Positions 30,113-46,621 of a stretch of DNA of 64,000 bases are shown here, one piece after another; the first letter of the stretch is position 1; the number at the start of each line of letters is the position of its first letter. The DNA is from the human T2T-CHM13v2.0 reference genome, Homo sapiens. The notes under the pieces were generated by a model, which did no database searches, was not told the DNA's origin, and saw only the letters and a program-made list of their open reading frames with translations. A program made the position numbers and the translations under genes. The DNA lies in NCBI RefSeq assembly GCF_009914755.1, contig NC_060943.1; one strand, given 5' to 3'.

Positions 30113-31746
30113 GCTCTCCCTCTCCCTCTCCCTCTCCCTCTCTCCCTCTCTTCCCTCCCCCTCTCCCCCCTCCCTCTCCCCTCCCCCTCTCCCCCTCTCC
30201 CTCTCCCCTTTGCACGGTCTCCCTCCCATGCCGAGCTGATACGAGGCTGGACTGTACTGCCGCCATCTCTGCTCACTGCAACTTCCCTGCCTGATTCTCC
30301 TGCCTCAGCCTGCCGAGTGCCTGGGATTGCAGGCGTGCGCCGCCACGCCTGACTGGTTTTTGTATTTTTTGGTGGAGACGGGGTTTCCCCCTGTTGGCCC
30401 CCCTGGTCTCCAGCTCCTGACCACGAGTGATCTGCCAGCCTCGGCCTCCCGAGGTGCTGGGATTGCAGACGGAGTCTCGCTCACTCAGTGCTCAATGTTG
30501 CCCAGGCTGGAGTGCAGTGGCGTGATCTTGGCTCGCTACAACCTCCACCTCCCAGCCACCTGCCTTGGCCTCCCAAAGTGCCGAGATTGCAGCCTCTGCC
30601 TGGCCGCCACCCCATCTAGGAAGTGAGGAGCGTCTCTGCCTGGCCGCCCATTGTCTGGGATGTGAGGAGCCTCTCTGCCCGGCTGCCCAGTCTAGGAAGT
30701 GAGGAGCGCCTCTTCCCTGCCGTCATCCCGTCTAGGAAGTGAGGAGTGTCTCTGCCGGGCCGCCCATCATCTGGGGTGTGGGGAGCGCCTCTGCCCCGCC
30801 GCCCCGTCTGGGATGTGAGGAGCGCCTCTGCCCGGCTGCGACCCCGTCTGGGAACTGAGGAGTGTCTCTGCCCCGCTGCCACCCTGTCTGGGAGGTGAGG
30901 AGCGTCTCTGACCCGCCATCCCGTCTGAGAAGTGAGGAGCCCCTCCGCCCGGCAGCCGCCCCATCTGGGAAGTGAGGAGCCTCTCCGCCCGGCAGCCGCC
31001 CTGTCTGGGAAGTGAGGAGCATCTCCGCCCGGCAGCCACCCCGTCCGGGAGGTGGGGGGCAGCCCCCGCCCGGCCAGCCACCCTGTCCGGGAGGTGGGGG
31101 GGGCGCCTCTGCCCCGCCGCCCCGTCTGGGAAGTGAGGAGCCCCTCTGCCCGGCCGCCACCCCGTCTGGGAGGTGTACCCAACAGCTCATTGAGAACGGG
31201 CCATGATGACGATGGCGGTTTTGTTGAATAGAAAGGGGGGAAGTGTGGGGAAAAGAAAGAGAGATCGGGTTGTTACTGTGTCTGTGTGGAAAGAAGTAGA
31301 CATAGGAGACTCCATTTTGTTCTGTACTAAGAAAAATTCTTCTGCCTTGGGATGCTGTTAATCTATAACCTTGCCCCCAACCCCCTGCTCTCTGAAACAT
31401 GTGCTGTGTCCACTAAGGGTTAAATGGATTAAGGGCAGTGCAAGATGTGCTTTGTGAAACAGATGCTTGAAGGCAGCATGCTCGTTAAGAGTCATCACCA
31501 CTCCCTAATCTCAAGTACCCAGGGACACAAACACTGCGGAAGGCGGCAGGGCCCTCTGCCTAGGAAAACCAGAGACCTTTGTTCACATGTTTATCTGCTG
31601 ACCTTCCCTCCACTATTGTCCTATGACCCTGCCAAATCCCCCTCTCGGAGAAACACCCAAGAATGATCAATAAATACTAAAAAAAAATAAAAATAAAAAT
31701 AAATAAATTAAAAAAATTTAATAAAAAACAATCAATACATCAAAAA
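30113..31746 (+). mobile_element. Full-length SVA retrotransposon (older, SVA_A/B-like)
   Basis: (CCCTCT)n 30113-30208, antisense Alu-like region, GC-rich VNTR ~30600-31170, SINE-R, AATAAA and A-tail; 18-bp TSD aagaaatatcaaaaaata at 30095-30112 and 31747-31764. Confidence 0.96.
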
Positions 31747-33033
31747 AAGAAATATCAAAAAATACCAAATAGTAGGTATTGCTGTGTCTCAAATGCATAA
31801 GGTATTAATATTCGTGGTATATAATCCAAGTGAACAAGGAAAATATAGCACCCATAACAGAAGAAAAGGGCATAAATATACAGTTTACAGAATAGGCTGT
31901 AAAGTATTTTGAAGAAATGCTCAAACTTATTAAAAATCAGAGAAATTTGATTAAAACAGTGAAATACCAGTATGTGTTTAATGGAGTGGCAAGACATAGG
32001 ATGATGGTTCATGGCAAATGATGGTATGGAAATGGGTGGTTATACAACAAACTGTATTCAGTGCTCATGAGAATGTGGAATGGTTTAACCATTCAGGAGA
32101 GCAATATAGCTATTAATATTATTTGTAAATGTGTAAGTATATGACTCTGCTATGAACCAACAACTACACTTATGGATATGTGTCCTAAATAAATTGTCAC
32201 ACATTTCTATGAAGATGTATAGTGATGTTCCTAGCATTGTTATTGCCAATGGCAATCCAGGTTTCTGTCATGGAATAGTAAAATATTTTGGGTGTAAACA
32301 ATTAGTTCTATAAAATAGGTTAATGTATGCTAGAAACATGGATGAATCTTTAAAACATACTGCTGAGTTTTGAAAGTCTTAACATTTATTTTTATGACAT
32401 AATACCACTTATATAAACTAAAAGTGTGCACACACAACCACATCACATGCACTTTGCACAAAACACACACAAAGAGAAACACAACAAACAAAATATGGGG
32501 CTGGGGGAGGAAATGAAAGTGTTCCATAGGGAAAAGAAAGGAATAAATAAATAATAAAATTATTTTGACCAAGTTGCTAGATATAAGCTTCAGTACAATT
32601 TGATTAGAAGTGGTGATATTCAGCATTTTCTTCCCATTCTCATTCTCAGAGATAAATTTTCAACATTTTGTTAATTGTTGTGTATGTTCATTTTAGTTTT
32701 AAGTGGGAATTTATATTTCTTAAATGTATCATCATAATGTTCCTCATAATATTCTCAATATATTTAGTGATGTTCCCTTTTACTTCTGAAACTGGTAATA
32801 TGTCATTTCTGTCTTTTTTGTTTACTGTCACTGGACTTTGTCAGTTTTATTGTTCTATTTATAGAATGATCATTTTACTTTTTAAGATCCACTCCATTTC
32901 GTTTTCTATTTCATGTATTTCCTATTATCTTGATCATTTCTTTCCATCTACCCACTGTGGTTTTGGTATTTGTTTATTGAATTCCTGAGATAAATGTTTT
33001 TATTTTTTTGTTCAGCTTTTCTCCTGTTTTAGG

Positions 33034-33645
<612 letters not shown>

Positions 33646-34229
33646 ATATGATTTCAAGGCTTTCTATGTTTCCTTCTAATCATGTATTAAAAGCTCTCCT
33701 GTTTATCAGTGTTTTTCTCCTTATGAGTCTGTCAATCAATTTTTCTTTATAAAGTTTGCTTTACATTATGTAAGGCTGTTATAGTTGATAGAAAATTTTC
33801 ATTACTATGAAGTGTTTCTTTGTATATCTTAAAATGTTCTTTTCTTCAAGGACTATTGTACTTTGTCCAATATTAATATATTTTAAAATTAGAGAAAGAA
33901 TATGAGGCCTAGGACGATAGTCTCTTTCTCCATTAGAATATTTTTGTTTATGTCAGGTACCTGCAAACACTAACAGAAAAGGTTTACTTTAATCTATTTT
34001 CAGGTACGAATGTGATTTCAAGTTTTGCTTCAGTCCCCTAGTGAAGATGATCTATTTGCCCTTTATCTTTACTCCTGTAGTGCAGCTCTTTGGGTTTTAC
34101 TAGGTACCCTTCTCCCGATCCCCAACTTCTTCCCCAAGGCCCTTGAACAACAGAATCGGTAGGTACCACCAAGACAGACACTTCCACTCTAAAATTGCAA
34201 ATCTTGGCTAAGATTTGCTCTGGCTTTCT

Positions 34230-34745
34230 AGGATACCCGGAAGCTCAGGTTACTCGGAAGTATTTCCGCTCCAAGGAGCGGAACTATGGCCGGTTTCCCC
34301 TGGGGCATTCTGGGAAGTGTAGTCAGGGGCCCGCGTAGCCTGGGGCACTTCCGCTTTTGGATGGCGGAGCTAGGGAATTGTGGGAAGTGATCCGGGGTTT
34401 CTCTTTAGTTGCTGGGAAGTTTTTTCGCTCTAGGAGGGCGAAAACAAGTGTTTGGATCCGCTGGGACCCTCCAAGTTTTCTCAGCCTCGTCAGGGAGCAA
34501 GCGGGGCCCTGGCCCTCGTCTGGAGGAAGGCTAGAGAAGCTGTGGCCAGCTGGGAGGCTGGAGTTGGGAGCAGTTTGTGTTCTTTCCTCTCGGCTGAGCC
34601 TCACGTTTGGAGCAGTTCTTGCGTCCCCGGGTTGGGAGCGTCCTGGATCGGTTGTCGCTTGGTTAGAGGGTCTCCTGGCGTTCCGCAGCCAGCCTCTCCC
34701 ACCTACTTGCCAGCTCTGCCACTTACTAGTGTTATAACGTTTTGT
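34230..34745 (+). promoter_or_regulatory. Upstream CpG-rich promoter and putative alternative first exon of ZNF227
   Basis: CpG enrichment; ZNF143/THAP11-type site gcattctgggaagtgtagtc at 34305-34324; ETS cores CCGGAAG 34237, CGGAAGT 34255, CACTTCCG 34346; possible donor ttt|GTGAGT at 34743/34744. Confidence 0.7.
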
Positions 34746-34850
34746 GAGTTAATCTTAATCTTTCTCTATCCCATTCTCCTCATTCCTGAAGTAGAGTCAT
34801 TAGTAGGAGGTCCTTGTACTTTTATACGAATTATTCATTAAATGTCCAAA
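34710..34850 (+). mobile_element. MIR fragment
   Basis: cagctctgccacttactag...ttctcctcatt core-like sequence. Confidence 0.55.
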
Positions 34851-35766
34851 ATACCGTTATGTGGTAGGTACCACTTATGTTCTAACAGAGAGACGAAGAT
34901 AATAGACCTCTCCACACAATGTAGAAAAGAAAGCTGTCTTATTACTGAATAAGGACAACCACTGTATAGTATTGTAGGCAATCTAAAGAAAAATATTATT
35001 AAAAAATTCCGCCCTATGTGTACAGTCAAGCAGTTTTAAACTTTTTATACAATTCTACTTTTGACCACTATGTACATCAGTTCTCAAGATTAATGATTTT
35101 TCAATAAGAGGACTTGGTCTCATCATTTACTGCAAATTCTTTTATAAATTTATTCTAAATTTACTTGAGAATCCAGTGTTAGTTAACTAACTTTATCGAA
35201 AGTAATAAAACTTCTCTTACCTCATCTGCTAGCCGATTTACAGTTTAAAGAGAGGCACCTTGGTTAAACTCTTGCAGTGATAGGGACAGTGGGTTGTTAT
35301 TTTCTCAGATGTTTATATTCAAAAGGGACAAATCTCAGAACTTTCACAAATACTTCTAGGTTGTAAACCTGGCTAGAGGCTTACATAGCCGCTAATGAAA
35401 TTTACATGCGTATCAAAAGGTTAGAGAAAGGATTCAGAAGCACTAGGTTTCTTATGGAAATGCTCTAAGAAAAAGAAGAGGGAAGACGAACCCTAAAACG
35501 TACAGTTAGTAAGAGGCAGAACGTCCATATGAACCCAAGAAGTTGGAGCCTCAAGTCTGTGTTCATATTCTCCACGCTGTACATTTTTCTTAGAACCATA
35601 TGAAATAATCGTGTATATGGTTTGTGGAAGTCTTTTTCTATCAGGTTTGGAAGGTGATCTGGGGCTTTAGAGTCTATATTCTCCTTATAGAAATAATGCA
35701 TGACCATTATAGAGAGATTAGAAAATACAGAAATGTATAAAAGGAAATGAAAGTTACCCATATTCA

Positions 35767-35946
<180 letters not shown>

Positions 35947-36360
35947 TCAGGATTTAGAGATAACCACTGCTAACATTTTAAATGCATTTATGCATTGGTG
36001 CCATACCACCCACATGGTATTTCTCTAATTTTTCTTGTAGAAATTCCCAAACATGCACATACAGAAAATAGTGTTAATGACCCCCACCCCGCCATCATTT
36101 GTCTTTAACTCTTGTAAACATTTTGTCTATCTTATTGCATCTATTACTCTTCTCCCACATATGTTTTTGGTGGGAAGAGGAGGAATTTGACTATTTAAAA
36201 TCAAAACCAAATCCTAGTCAGTCGGTAGAAATTAAAAGTAATTAACATAAAGTAATTATGAATGAAGAGCAAAGGAAAGCAAATAACTTCAGGGTTTTCT
36301 TTCCTGGCAACTAGGAGGAAGGTAGTTATGTGAAAAACCTAAAGGAGAGGGAATCATTGA

Positions 36361-36745
<385 letters not shown>

Positions 36746-37771
36746 TACTCAGGGTCTTTTAGATCTGATCTGTTTCTCCCTTAGGCTGCATGTTACTTTG
36801 TTGCAGGAACTATGTCCCATTCTTTACCATGTGCTTAGCACCCAGCACAAGACTGGTAAGGAGGGGTTTAGTGTTTGTGGTTTGTGGAGCTGCCCAGTAT
36901 CTTGAAATGGAAACCTGCAGATCATTTAGATTGTATTCAGAATTCCCAAAATGGATTTAGGAAAAAATAAAAGGAAATAATGTCAATATTAGTGACTCTT
37001 TATCTCACTTTTGGTGGGATGCATTTGCATAGTCTTCTAGTTTTTTTCCCAGTAATCAAAAGTTGATGCATGGTTATTGATAATATTTTAGTGATCAAAG
37101 CAAATTTTTGTAGAAACCTTCCATCCATAATTTATGTGTCCTGTGTTTATCCCCTGAGGTTAACATTTGCTAACTTTTTATAGGGTAGTCATGAATCAGG
37201 CAGAATTTCCAGTGTTTTACATGTATTTATTCATTTGTACTTGATATCAACCCTATTATAGTCTCCATTTTACAAATGAAGAAAAAGGGGACAGAAGAAA
37301 TGGAAGCACTAGTATTTTAATCTAGATAGCTTTATACTAAGGCTGTAATATTAGCTACTACACACTACTTTTATTAGTCTACAAGGCAAGAACCCACAGT
37401 AAGTCTTATTAGAGCAGGGAATATTTAAGCTATGGATGAAGACCGTCACCCAGGAGGGAAAAGAGTAGCAGGTTATGACAGAAGGAACACCAAATACAAA
37501 GAATTAGAGGCTTTTTGTAGGAGTACAAGTAATCCACTATGGCTGGACATGTAGAGTGGAAAGTGGATTCCAAGAGAGAAACAGCATCTGGAAAATTCCT
37601 GTTTGTGCGACTTGTTAAAGCATTTGAACCTTCTCTTAAGGGCACTGGATAGACATGCAGGTGAAAATAATCAAATTTCCATCTTAGGAGATATACTTAA
37701 CCTCTCTCTGCCTCTGGATCCCAAAGAGTAAACTAGAGGACATTATTTGTTTTAAAAAAGTTGTGAAAATG

Positions 37772-38110
37772 GGCTAAGTGTGGTGGCTCATGCCTGTAAT
37801 CCTAGCACTTTGGGAGGCCGGGGCGGGTGGATCACCTGAGGTCAGGAATTCAAGACTAGCCTGGCCAAGATGGCAAAACCCCGTCTCTACTAAAAATACA
37901 AAAATTAGCTGGGCGTGGTGGGGAGGGGGGTGCCTATAACCCCAGCGACTTGGGAGGCTGAGGCAGGAGACTTGCTTGAACCTTGTGTGAGGGCGGAGGT
38001 TGCAATGAGCCGAGGTCATGCCACTTCACTCCAGCCTGGGCAAAAGAGCCAAACTCTGTCTAACAACAACAACAACAACAACAACAACAAAACAGAACAA
38101 AAAAAAAAAG
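37772..38110 (+). mobile_element. Alu (AluS) with (AAC)n tail
   Basis: TSD aaaaaagttgtgaaaatg at 37754-37771 and 38111-38128. Confidence 0.94.
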
Positions 38111-38649
38111 AAAAAAGTTGTGAAAATGTAGTGAGGGTCCCATAGTCTGAATAGTTTGAACTAGTTCCTGGCACATACTTGGTTCTTTATAAGAGATAGT
38201 TGTATATAACAGAATAAAGAATATATATTTAGTAAATGAGAACTGCAAACATGTACTGTAGTAGATATGTGGATATTTTTAGGTATTGCTCTCTTCTTTC
38301 AACCCTCAATTCTTGGAAACATCAATTCCATTATACATTTAAGCAAATAAAGATCAAGGTTTAAACACTGAAGTAATAAATTTGTTCATCTTTCAAATTC
38401 AGAAACTCCTTGAGGAATGATTACAGAGGCCCTAGTTGCTTTGTGGAGTTGATCTACCATATGCCAAAGCTTGTGTTTTCTATGTCTAGCTATCCTCAGT
38501 AAGCAAGTTGTTCTGAATTATATGACTGTGCTATTAAGAAAAGTGGAAATCCATAATATATTCTGCCTTCGTTGCATTTTTTGATTGCTCTTTCATTCTT
38601 TTAGTATCTAAAGAGTAGTTTTTCTATTAGTCGATCCTGTTAAATGTAA

Positions 38650-39075
<426 letters not shown>

Positions 39076-39149
39076 TAATAAGAAAAACCTAAATTCCACT
39101 GACATCAGAGAACTGCTTCAGCCTGGCTAAACAGCAATAAGCCGTGAAG

Positions 39150-39620
39150 AGGATTCTGGATGTTGTAGTCCGGGAGCTCCGAGAATTTTGTCACACTCTC
39201 CGTAACCCTCTCTCACTCGCTCGCTCCGTTTTTTTTTTTGTTTTTTTTTTTTTCAAGCGCGAAGAGGGCGGCACCTGGATGGTTTTTCCTTCTGGAAGTT
39301 CTGGGAAACGTATTCCAGAACTCTGTCCGGAAACAATTGGGCCGCAGGAGCGCGGGCCTTCTGGGAAGGGTAGTTCAGGAGCTCTGGGCAGGCAGAGCCA
39401 CTTCCGCCCCGGAAAGCGAGGCCGCCACCATCTTTTGGGTCCGGGAGGTGAGTCAGCCCTGCACCCCCACGACCCCTCTTGAACCTTTTCAGCCTGTGCT
39501 TGGGAATAGGCGCTCCCCAGCCATCAGTCTTGGGATGGAGAGGTCGCGGCCGCGGCGGAGGCCGAGAGGCCGAGGGCGGGAAGTTTGCTCTCCTCCCGCA
39601 CTTGGCAAGCAGCGCCGCTA
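39150..39620 (+). promoter_or_regulatory. ZNF227: Main CpG-island promoter and non-coding exon 1 of ZNF227
   Basis: CpG-dense; ZNF143-like sites at 39151-39171 and 39356-39376; ETS/GC box cacttccgcccc at 39399; YY1-like ccatctt; consensus donor GAG|GTGAGT at 39447/39448. Confidence 0.8.
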
Positions 39621-39800
39621 GTTCTGTGGGTATAATAAACAGCGAGTTACCTATGATCCGCGCTCCTGTTTCCTCATCTTTAAAATAGCAATAAAGATAG
39701 TCGTTACTGTGTAGGGTTGTAATTAGAATTAAACAAGATAATACGGGTCAAACCTTAGAACAGTGGTGGCACCTGATACTGGGTTGGCTCCTGCTATTGA
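39600..39800 (+). mobile_element. MIR fragment
   Basis: ctgtttcctcatctttaaaatagcaataa...agggttgtaattagaattaaa MIR core. Confidence 0.65.
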
Positions 39801-39948
39801 TACAGTGATTCCCTCACAAGCGCCCTTTTTACTGGAAGCTCCAGTGAAGAGAGAAGAAAAGTCAGGGCTTTATGCCATGGCCTTTCTGTCGTATCCTTCA
39901 GGAGACCGAGCTCTTCCCGAACTTTTACAGATCTTTTTTTTTTTTAAG

Positions 39949-40106
39949 AAGGATTGAGTCATCGGGCTCCAATGCGTGGGGATGTTTACCGCCGTTTATC
40001 CGGGATAGAGACTCCATCGTGCTGACAGCATCCTTTTATTCACCGCCTCCGAATTTGCAAAGAGGAGGAAGGAGGGACTTCTTGGCTTCTCCCAGCATAG
40101 CCCCAG
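39949..40106 (+). other. ZNF227: ZNF227 5' UTR exon 2 (alternative acceptors at 39901, 39948 and 39951)
   Basis: Poly-T tract followed by aag|aag (NAGNAG); donor CAG|GTACCT at 40106/40107. Confidence 0.6.
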
Positions 40107-40772
40107 GTACCTGCTCTTGAACGCACTTTGTTGTTCCATTTTCTGTCCTTTCAGTTAATCAAGTTTCCGTCACTCAGTAAGTTACTACTGAAAAATGATG
40201 AAATATTTGTTGAATAAATGTGAGAGTGGGTAGGAAAACTACTTGGAAATGAGTATTACCAATAACATCTTACCACTTTGATTTTAAGGCATTCGTCTGT
40301 GGACCATAGCTATTGATGAAGTAGGTCTTGTTATTTTGTTATGAGGAAATTAGGCAGAGTTTATGTTATTAAATACTTTCCCGAAGTTATTCAACTGATA
40401 GTAAGAGGTGGATTTGGGATTGAACCCAAGCATTCCTTTTCAGACTGTGTGATCTTTTTTGTTTGTTTTTGTTTCTTTGGTTTTTGTTGTTGTTTATTTT
40501 CTATTCCTTTTTCTGAGTCTGTGGTCTTAATCTCAATGATACAGTCGTCTTCAGTTATCTTAAATAGTAATCCATATGGCTACCGGTGAGTCGTTGGAAA
40601 TCAGCCTTGGGAATGTAGGTATGGATTTTACTGTGGAAGACCTCAAAAACTGCACTGATGAATTTTGAATTTTTTAGAAAAATCCTGCAACATCTCACTT
40701 ACTTAATTTCATTCCATGTCAAAATATGTCATATTCTAGTTATAGAAGTAATGAATGCTCATTATAGAGATG

Positions 40773-41087
40773 CACTATCCAATCCAGTAGCTATAAGCCA
40801 TGTGTGCCCTAGGAGCACTTGAAATGTGTCTAGTCCAAATTGAGATGTGCTGTAAGTGTTAAATACACACTGGATTTCAAAAACTTTGTACAAAAAATGT
40901 AAGATGGCTCATTGATAATTTTTTGTATTATATGTCAAAATGGTAATATTTTGGATACATTGGCTTAAATTATGTTGTTGAAATTAACTTCACCTATTTT
41001 TGTTTTTGTTTTTTTGCCTTTTTTATATGTTACTGCTAGAAAATTTAAAATTATTTATGTGTCTCAGTATATTTCTATTGGACAGTG
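40773..41087. mobile_element. MER33/MER3-like hAT MITE
   Basis: cactatccaat ... attggacagtg inverted ends; agcacttgaaatgtg. Confidence 0.7.
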
Positions 41088-41225
41088 ATGTTATATTCAG
41101 AAAACTTAAATTACTTATAATAAAACTGCTAACACTTTAATGTGTTTCCCTTTAGTATATGCTATGGATGTTTCTCAAAATAGGTTTGGTATTCTGTGTA
41201 GTAGTTTTTTTCTTATTATGAAAAT

Positions 41226-41539
<314 letters not shown>

Positions 41540-41685
41540 GAAAAATTTCAAGCATATTCAACTGTCAAAAGAGTGGTGCAGTGAATTCCACGTAACCAAC
41601 ACTCAGGTTCAACATTTGCTGCAGACCATCTCCTCCTCCTTCCACCCCACTTTTTTTTTTTTTTTTAAATTAGAGTGTCTTAAAG

Positions 41686-42197
<512 letters not shown>

Positions 42198-42567
42198 TGA
42201 AACTGAAGCTGTAATTTGCCATTTGCTCAGTACAGTATATCTTTTTTTTGTTCTTTTTCTTTCAAACTTTTTTGTCATTATGTTTTCGTAGTGTCTTTTA
42301 GAATATATATGTATAATTTTTTTTTTTTTAGTGCAGTCTGGGATAATTTGCTTTTACTATCTGTGTGTATATTTTGTTCTCCTTTCTTGTCTTTTTTTGT
42401 TCAGTTTATTCCCTTTTATTTGTGCTCAACTGGTCTGGAGTTTATATGGTTTTGTGTCATTCTTCTAACTTTAAAAATATTCTCTTTCTTAGCAAATACT
42501 AAACTTAATCAGCATGTGTTCTTATTCTGAAGAATATTGAGACTAAAAAAAATCTGAAAGAAGATGG

Positions 42568-42910
<343 letters not shown>

Positions 42911-43697
42911 TTATAGGTCTACTTTTTATTATAACCACCCTCAAAATTTGTCATTATAGTTCTTTGGCTTTTTTTAAACAAAGATTATTATATTACCAAT
43001 ATAGTCACAAATGTTTTCTTACCATTGCTTTTTGCAGTCCATCTTTTAGGGTTCACATGGTTATAAATTCTCTTCATTTTTTTTTTCAGCTAAAATATTG
43101 TTTCTTTCTCATGTAAATAATCATCTAGTTGAACATAGAATTCAGGTTGACAGTTTCTTTATTTTGGAGGTAATATTCATTTGTTTTAAATCTCCATTCT
43201 GTTACCCTATTTCTGTCAATCTAATTGTTATTTCTTTTAGGTCAACTATATTTTCTTTCTAGGAGCTTTAAGGTTGTTGTTTCCAGTTCTTTATGTTCGT
43301 TTAGTCTTTTGCATTTCTGAGTTTTATTGTGATTTGTTTAGGGTATGTTTATTTTTATTTATACTGTTTAGAATTTCTATATGCGAACTTGTATCTTTTA
43401 CCAATTGTGTGAAATTCTCAGCAATTGCATCTTGAAATTAAAACCTCTCAGTCATTCCCTCCATCCTGCCTTCTCTTCTCCCATTCCTGTTAGACAAATA
43501 CGGAAGCCTCTCAATTTATCTTTCATGTTTCTTGATTTTTCGTTTGTGTCTTTATCTTTCTCTTTGCTGTGTGTTTTTCTCTGTGCACATAAAATAAAAG
43601 AGATGTACCAATGATCGTTTCCAGGCTTCATGAAGTAAATTGACCCAGAATGATACGTTTTAGAAAACTGATAACAGTGTCAGTAAAATATTACTAG

Positions 43698-44166
<469 letters not shown>

Positions 44167-44655
44167 CTATAAGAGAAAGGGACTCCTGGTTCTTAGAACT
44201 CTCCATCTACTTATTTAATCCTTGGAAAAACCCTATGAGGGAGGTACGATTTATGATTCTTACCATATCCTCATTGTACACATAACAGAAGTGAGGCACA
44301 GAGAGGGTTTTTAATATCCCCAAGGTTACACAGCTGGTAAGTATCATTTCTAGGAATTAAACCCAGATACTTGACTTGAGAGCCCTCATATGTTGTTACA
44401 TTGCCTCTCGTTTCCTGCTGTCTCTGCCATCAGAAATCCTTGTAGCAAGGATGCTGCACTTGTGCAGACTGTTCACTGCCCAATGGCACTGAACTATCAT
44501 GCCATTTAGTAGCTGGAATACAGTCCATGTTCTGCTTACCAAGCTGTATGTGGCTATACCTGTCTGAATGTAGGGCTATTTCTCTAATTTCCTCATATGT
44601 ACACATGGGCTAACAGCAGGCTTGTGTCTCATGGCGTCTTTGGTCTCCCCCAGTT

Positions 44656-44715
44656 ATGCCATCTCAGAACTATGACCTTCCCCAGAAGAAGCAGGAGAAA
44701 ATGACCAAGTTTCAG
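44656..44715 (+). CDS. ZNF227: ZNF227 first coding exon, MPSQNYDLPQKKQEKMTKFQ
   Basis: Acceptor tctcccccag| at 44653, ATG at 44656, donor CAG|GTACGT at 44715/44716, phase 0. Confidence 0.9.
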
Positions 44716-45747
44716 GTACGTAAAGGATTCCTTGCTGTCTTTTAAAATGTGATTTATTTCTCAAAGATAACAGATTTATTTTTTCTCTTTCTTGGAAAGG
44801 TTAGTGGGAAACAGATATTCAGGACATGTGGTATGCTGACATGTATGTGTTTTTTTGTTTTAGTTTATCACCTTTACTATTTTACAAAACAGTGTTTGAA
44901 AAAATAATAGAAGCTTTAATCAGAAATAATCTATGCTACTACCCTGCTTATGAACTAGCTTTTTTCATTTTCCCATGTTCCTTTTTCATACACATTTTGC
45001 AATACTTGAGTAGATGAAATTTTCAATTGTGCATTCTCCACTTAATTGCATCACCTGCATTGTAAGTGAGTACATCATATGCCATTGAATTGCAGTGCCC
45101 TTAAAAGACAACAAAAACTATTTCTTATTTAGCCTTTCAGAAATTCAGAAATTTTAAGAATTTTACTACTTTAAAGTAAATCCAGTGACTTTTTTCCCTA
45201 CATATAAAAACAATTCCTTCAAAAGAAATTCTGGTGGAATTCAATATTATTTGTCCTTAAAGTTTTAGGAACTCTGCATTGAAGAGGTTTATGTCTCAGT
45301 TTCATGTCAGTTCCCTCAGGTGTTTTGTAAACAGAACATCTAAAGAATGACATGGTGTAATTTTATTAGATGCTTTCAGAGAAGAAGAGCTATATATTTT
45401 TCCCGTTTATGTTTTTATCACTCATTTATTTCTTGTATGAATTTATTTCATCAAAGTAACTACATGTACGTAAGGTCTAGTAGTACTTAGATGTCTTGCT
45501 AGCCCTTTCCATCTGTCATTGCATTTTTCAGATGTGAGGATGGAGATGATTTATTTGCATTTTAAATATGAAGAAACAGGTTATGGGAACATTTTATAAC
45601 TGCCCCAAATTTCCCAGGTAGCTGACTCATTGGACACTGAAGCTTCCAACTATTAGGAATATCTGGCATTCTATTTTCATGTAAAGGCAGACAGAACAAA
45701 AGAGTTTTCCATTCACAGAGATGAGCACATATGATAGAAGTACCTGA

Positions 45748-46050
<303 letters not shown>

Positions 46051-46621
46051 TGATATTACCTTTTGGAGGATAGACCCCAACAATGCCCCTCATCCAGTTT
46101 CCATCTCAATTACTGTCTCTTCTCTAGTTTTGTCTCTTAGTCATTCCATGAACGTAGATGCTCAAGCACAGTTTTTATGTAAGTGTTTTAAATTTCCCTA
46201 CAGCAAAAGCTATCAGGTATGATGGTAAGAGACAGCAGCAAACCGGTGGCATATACTTAAACATTAGGTAAAGGTCTAATAGCTTAAATTCCTGTTAAGA
46301 TTAGTAATATAGAGAAAATTCCAACTGGAATATGAGCAAAAGAAATGAATAGGAGTGTCATAAAGAAAAGAAATTTATGAAAAAAACTTCACTAATAATT
46401 TAAATGTGTGAAAATGTTAATAAAATAGCTTTCTATTTATATATTGGTTTTACTTATATTGTCAATGACTTTTTTAGAAAAAGGAACTGAGTCCTATTTA
46501 GCCGGGGTCTAGAGATTCAGGAATGCTTGTACTGTTGCATGAAGAGTGAACTGGGAAAATCTTTGGAGAGGAAAATCTGCCATTACGCTTTCAAAACTTT
46601 TTTTTTTGGATGTTGATTTTC

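Noticed and set aside
30600-31170. Repeat array superficially like a CRISPR array
   Set aside because: It is the SVA VNTR in a eukaryotic genome; there are no unique spacers or cas genes.
30327-31666. Several 64-222 aa ORFs
   Set aside because: Products of the stop-poor, GC-rich SVA VNTR and neighbouring domains.
34357-34841. 126-129 aa ORFs at the upstream CpG region (and similar ORFs at 39144-39688)
   Set aside because: Non-ATG starts in GC-rich promoter DNA with no recognisable domain.
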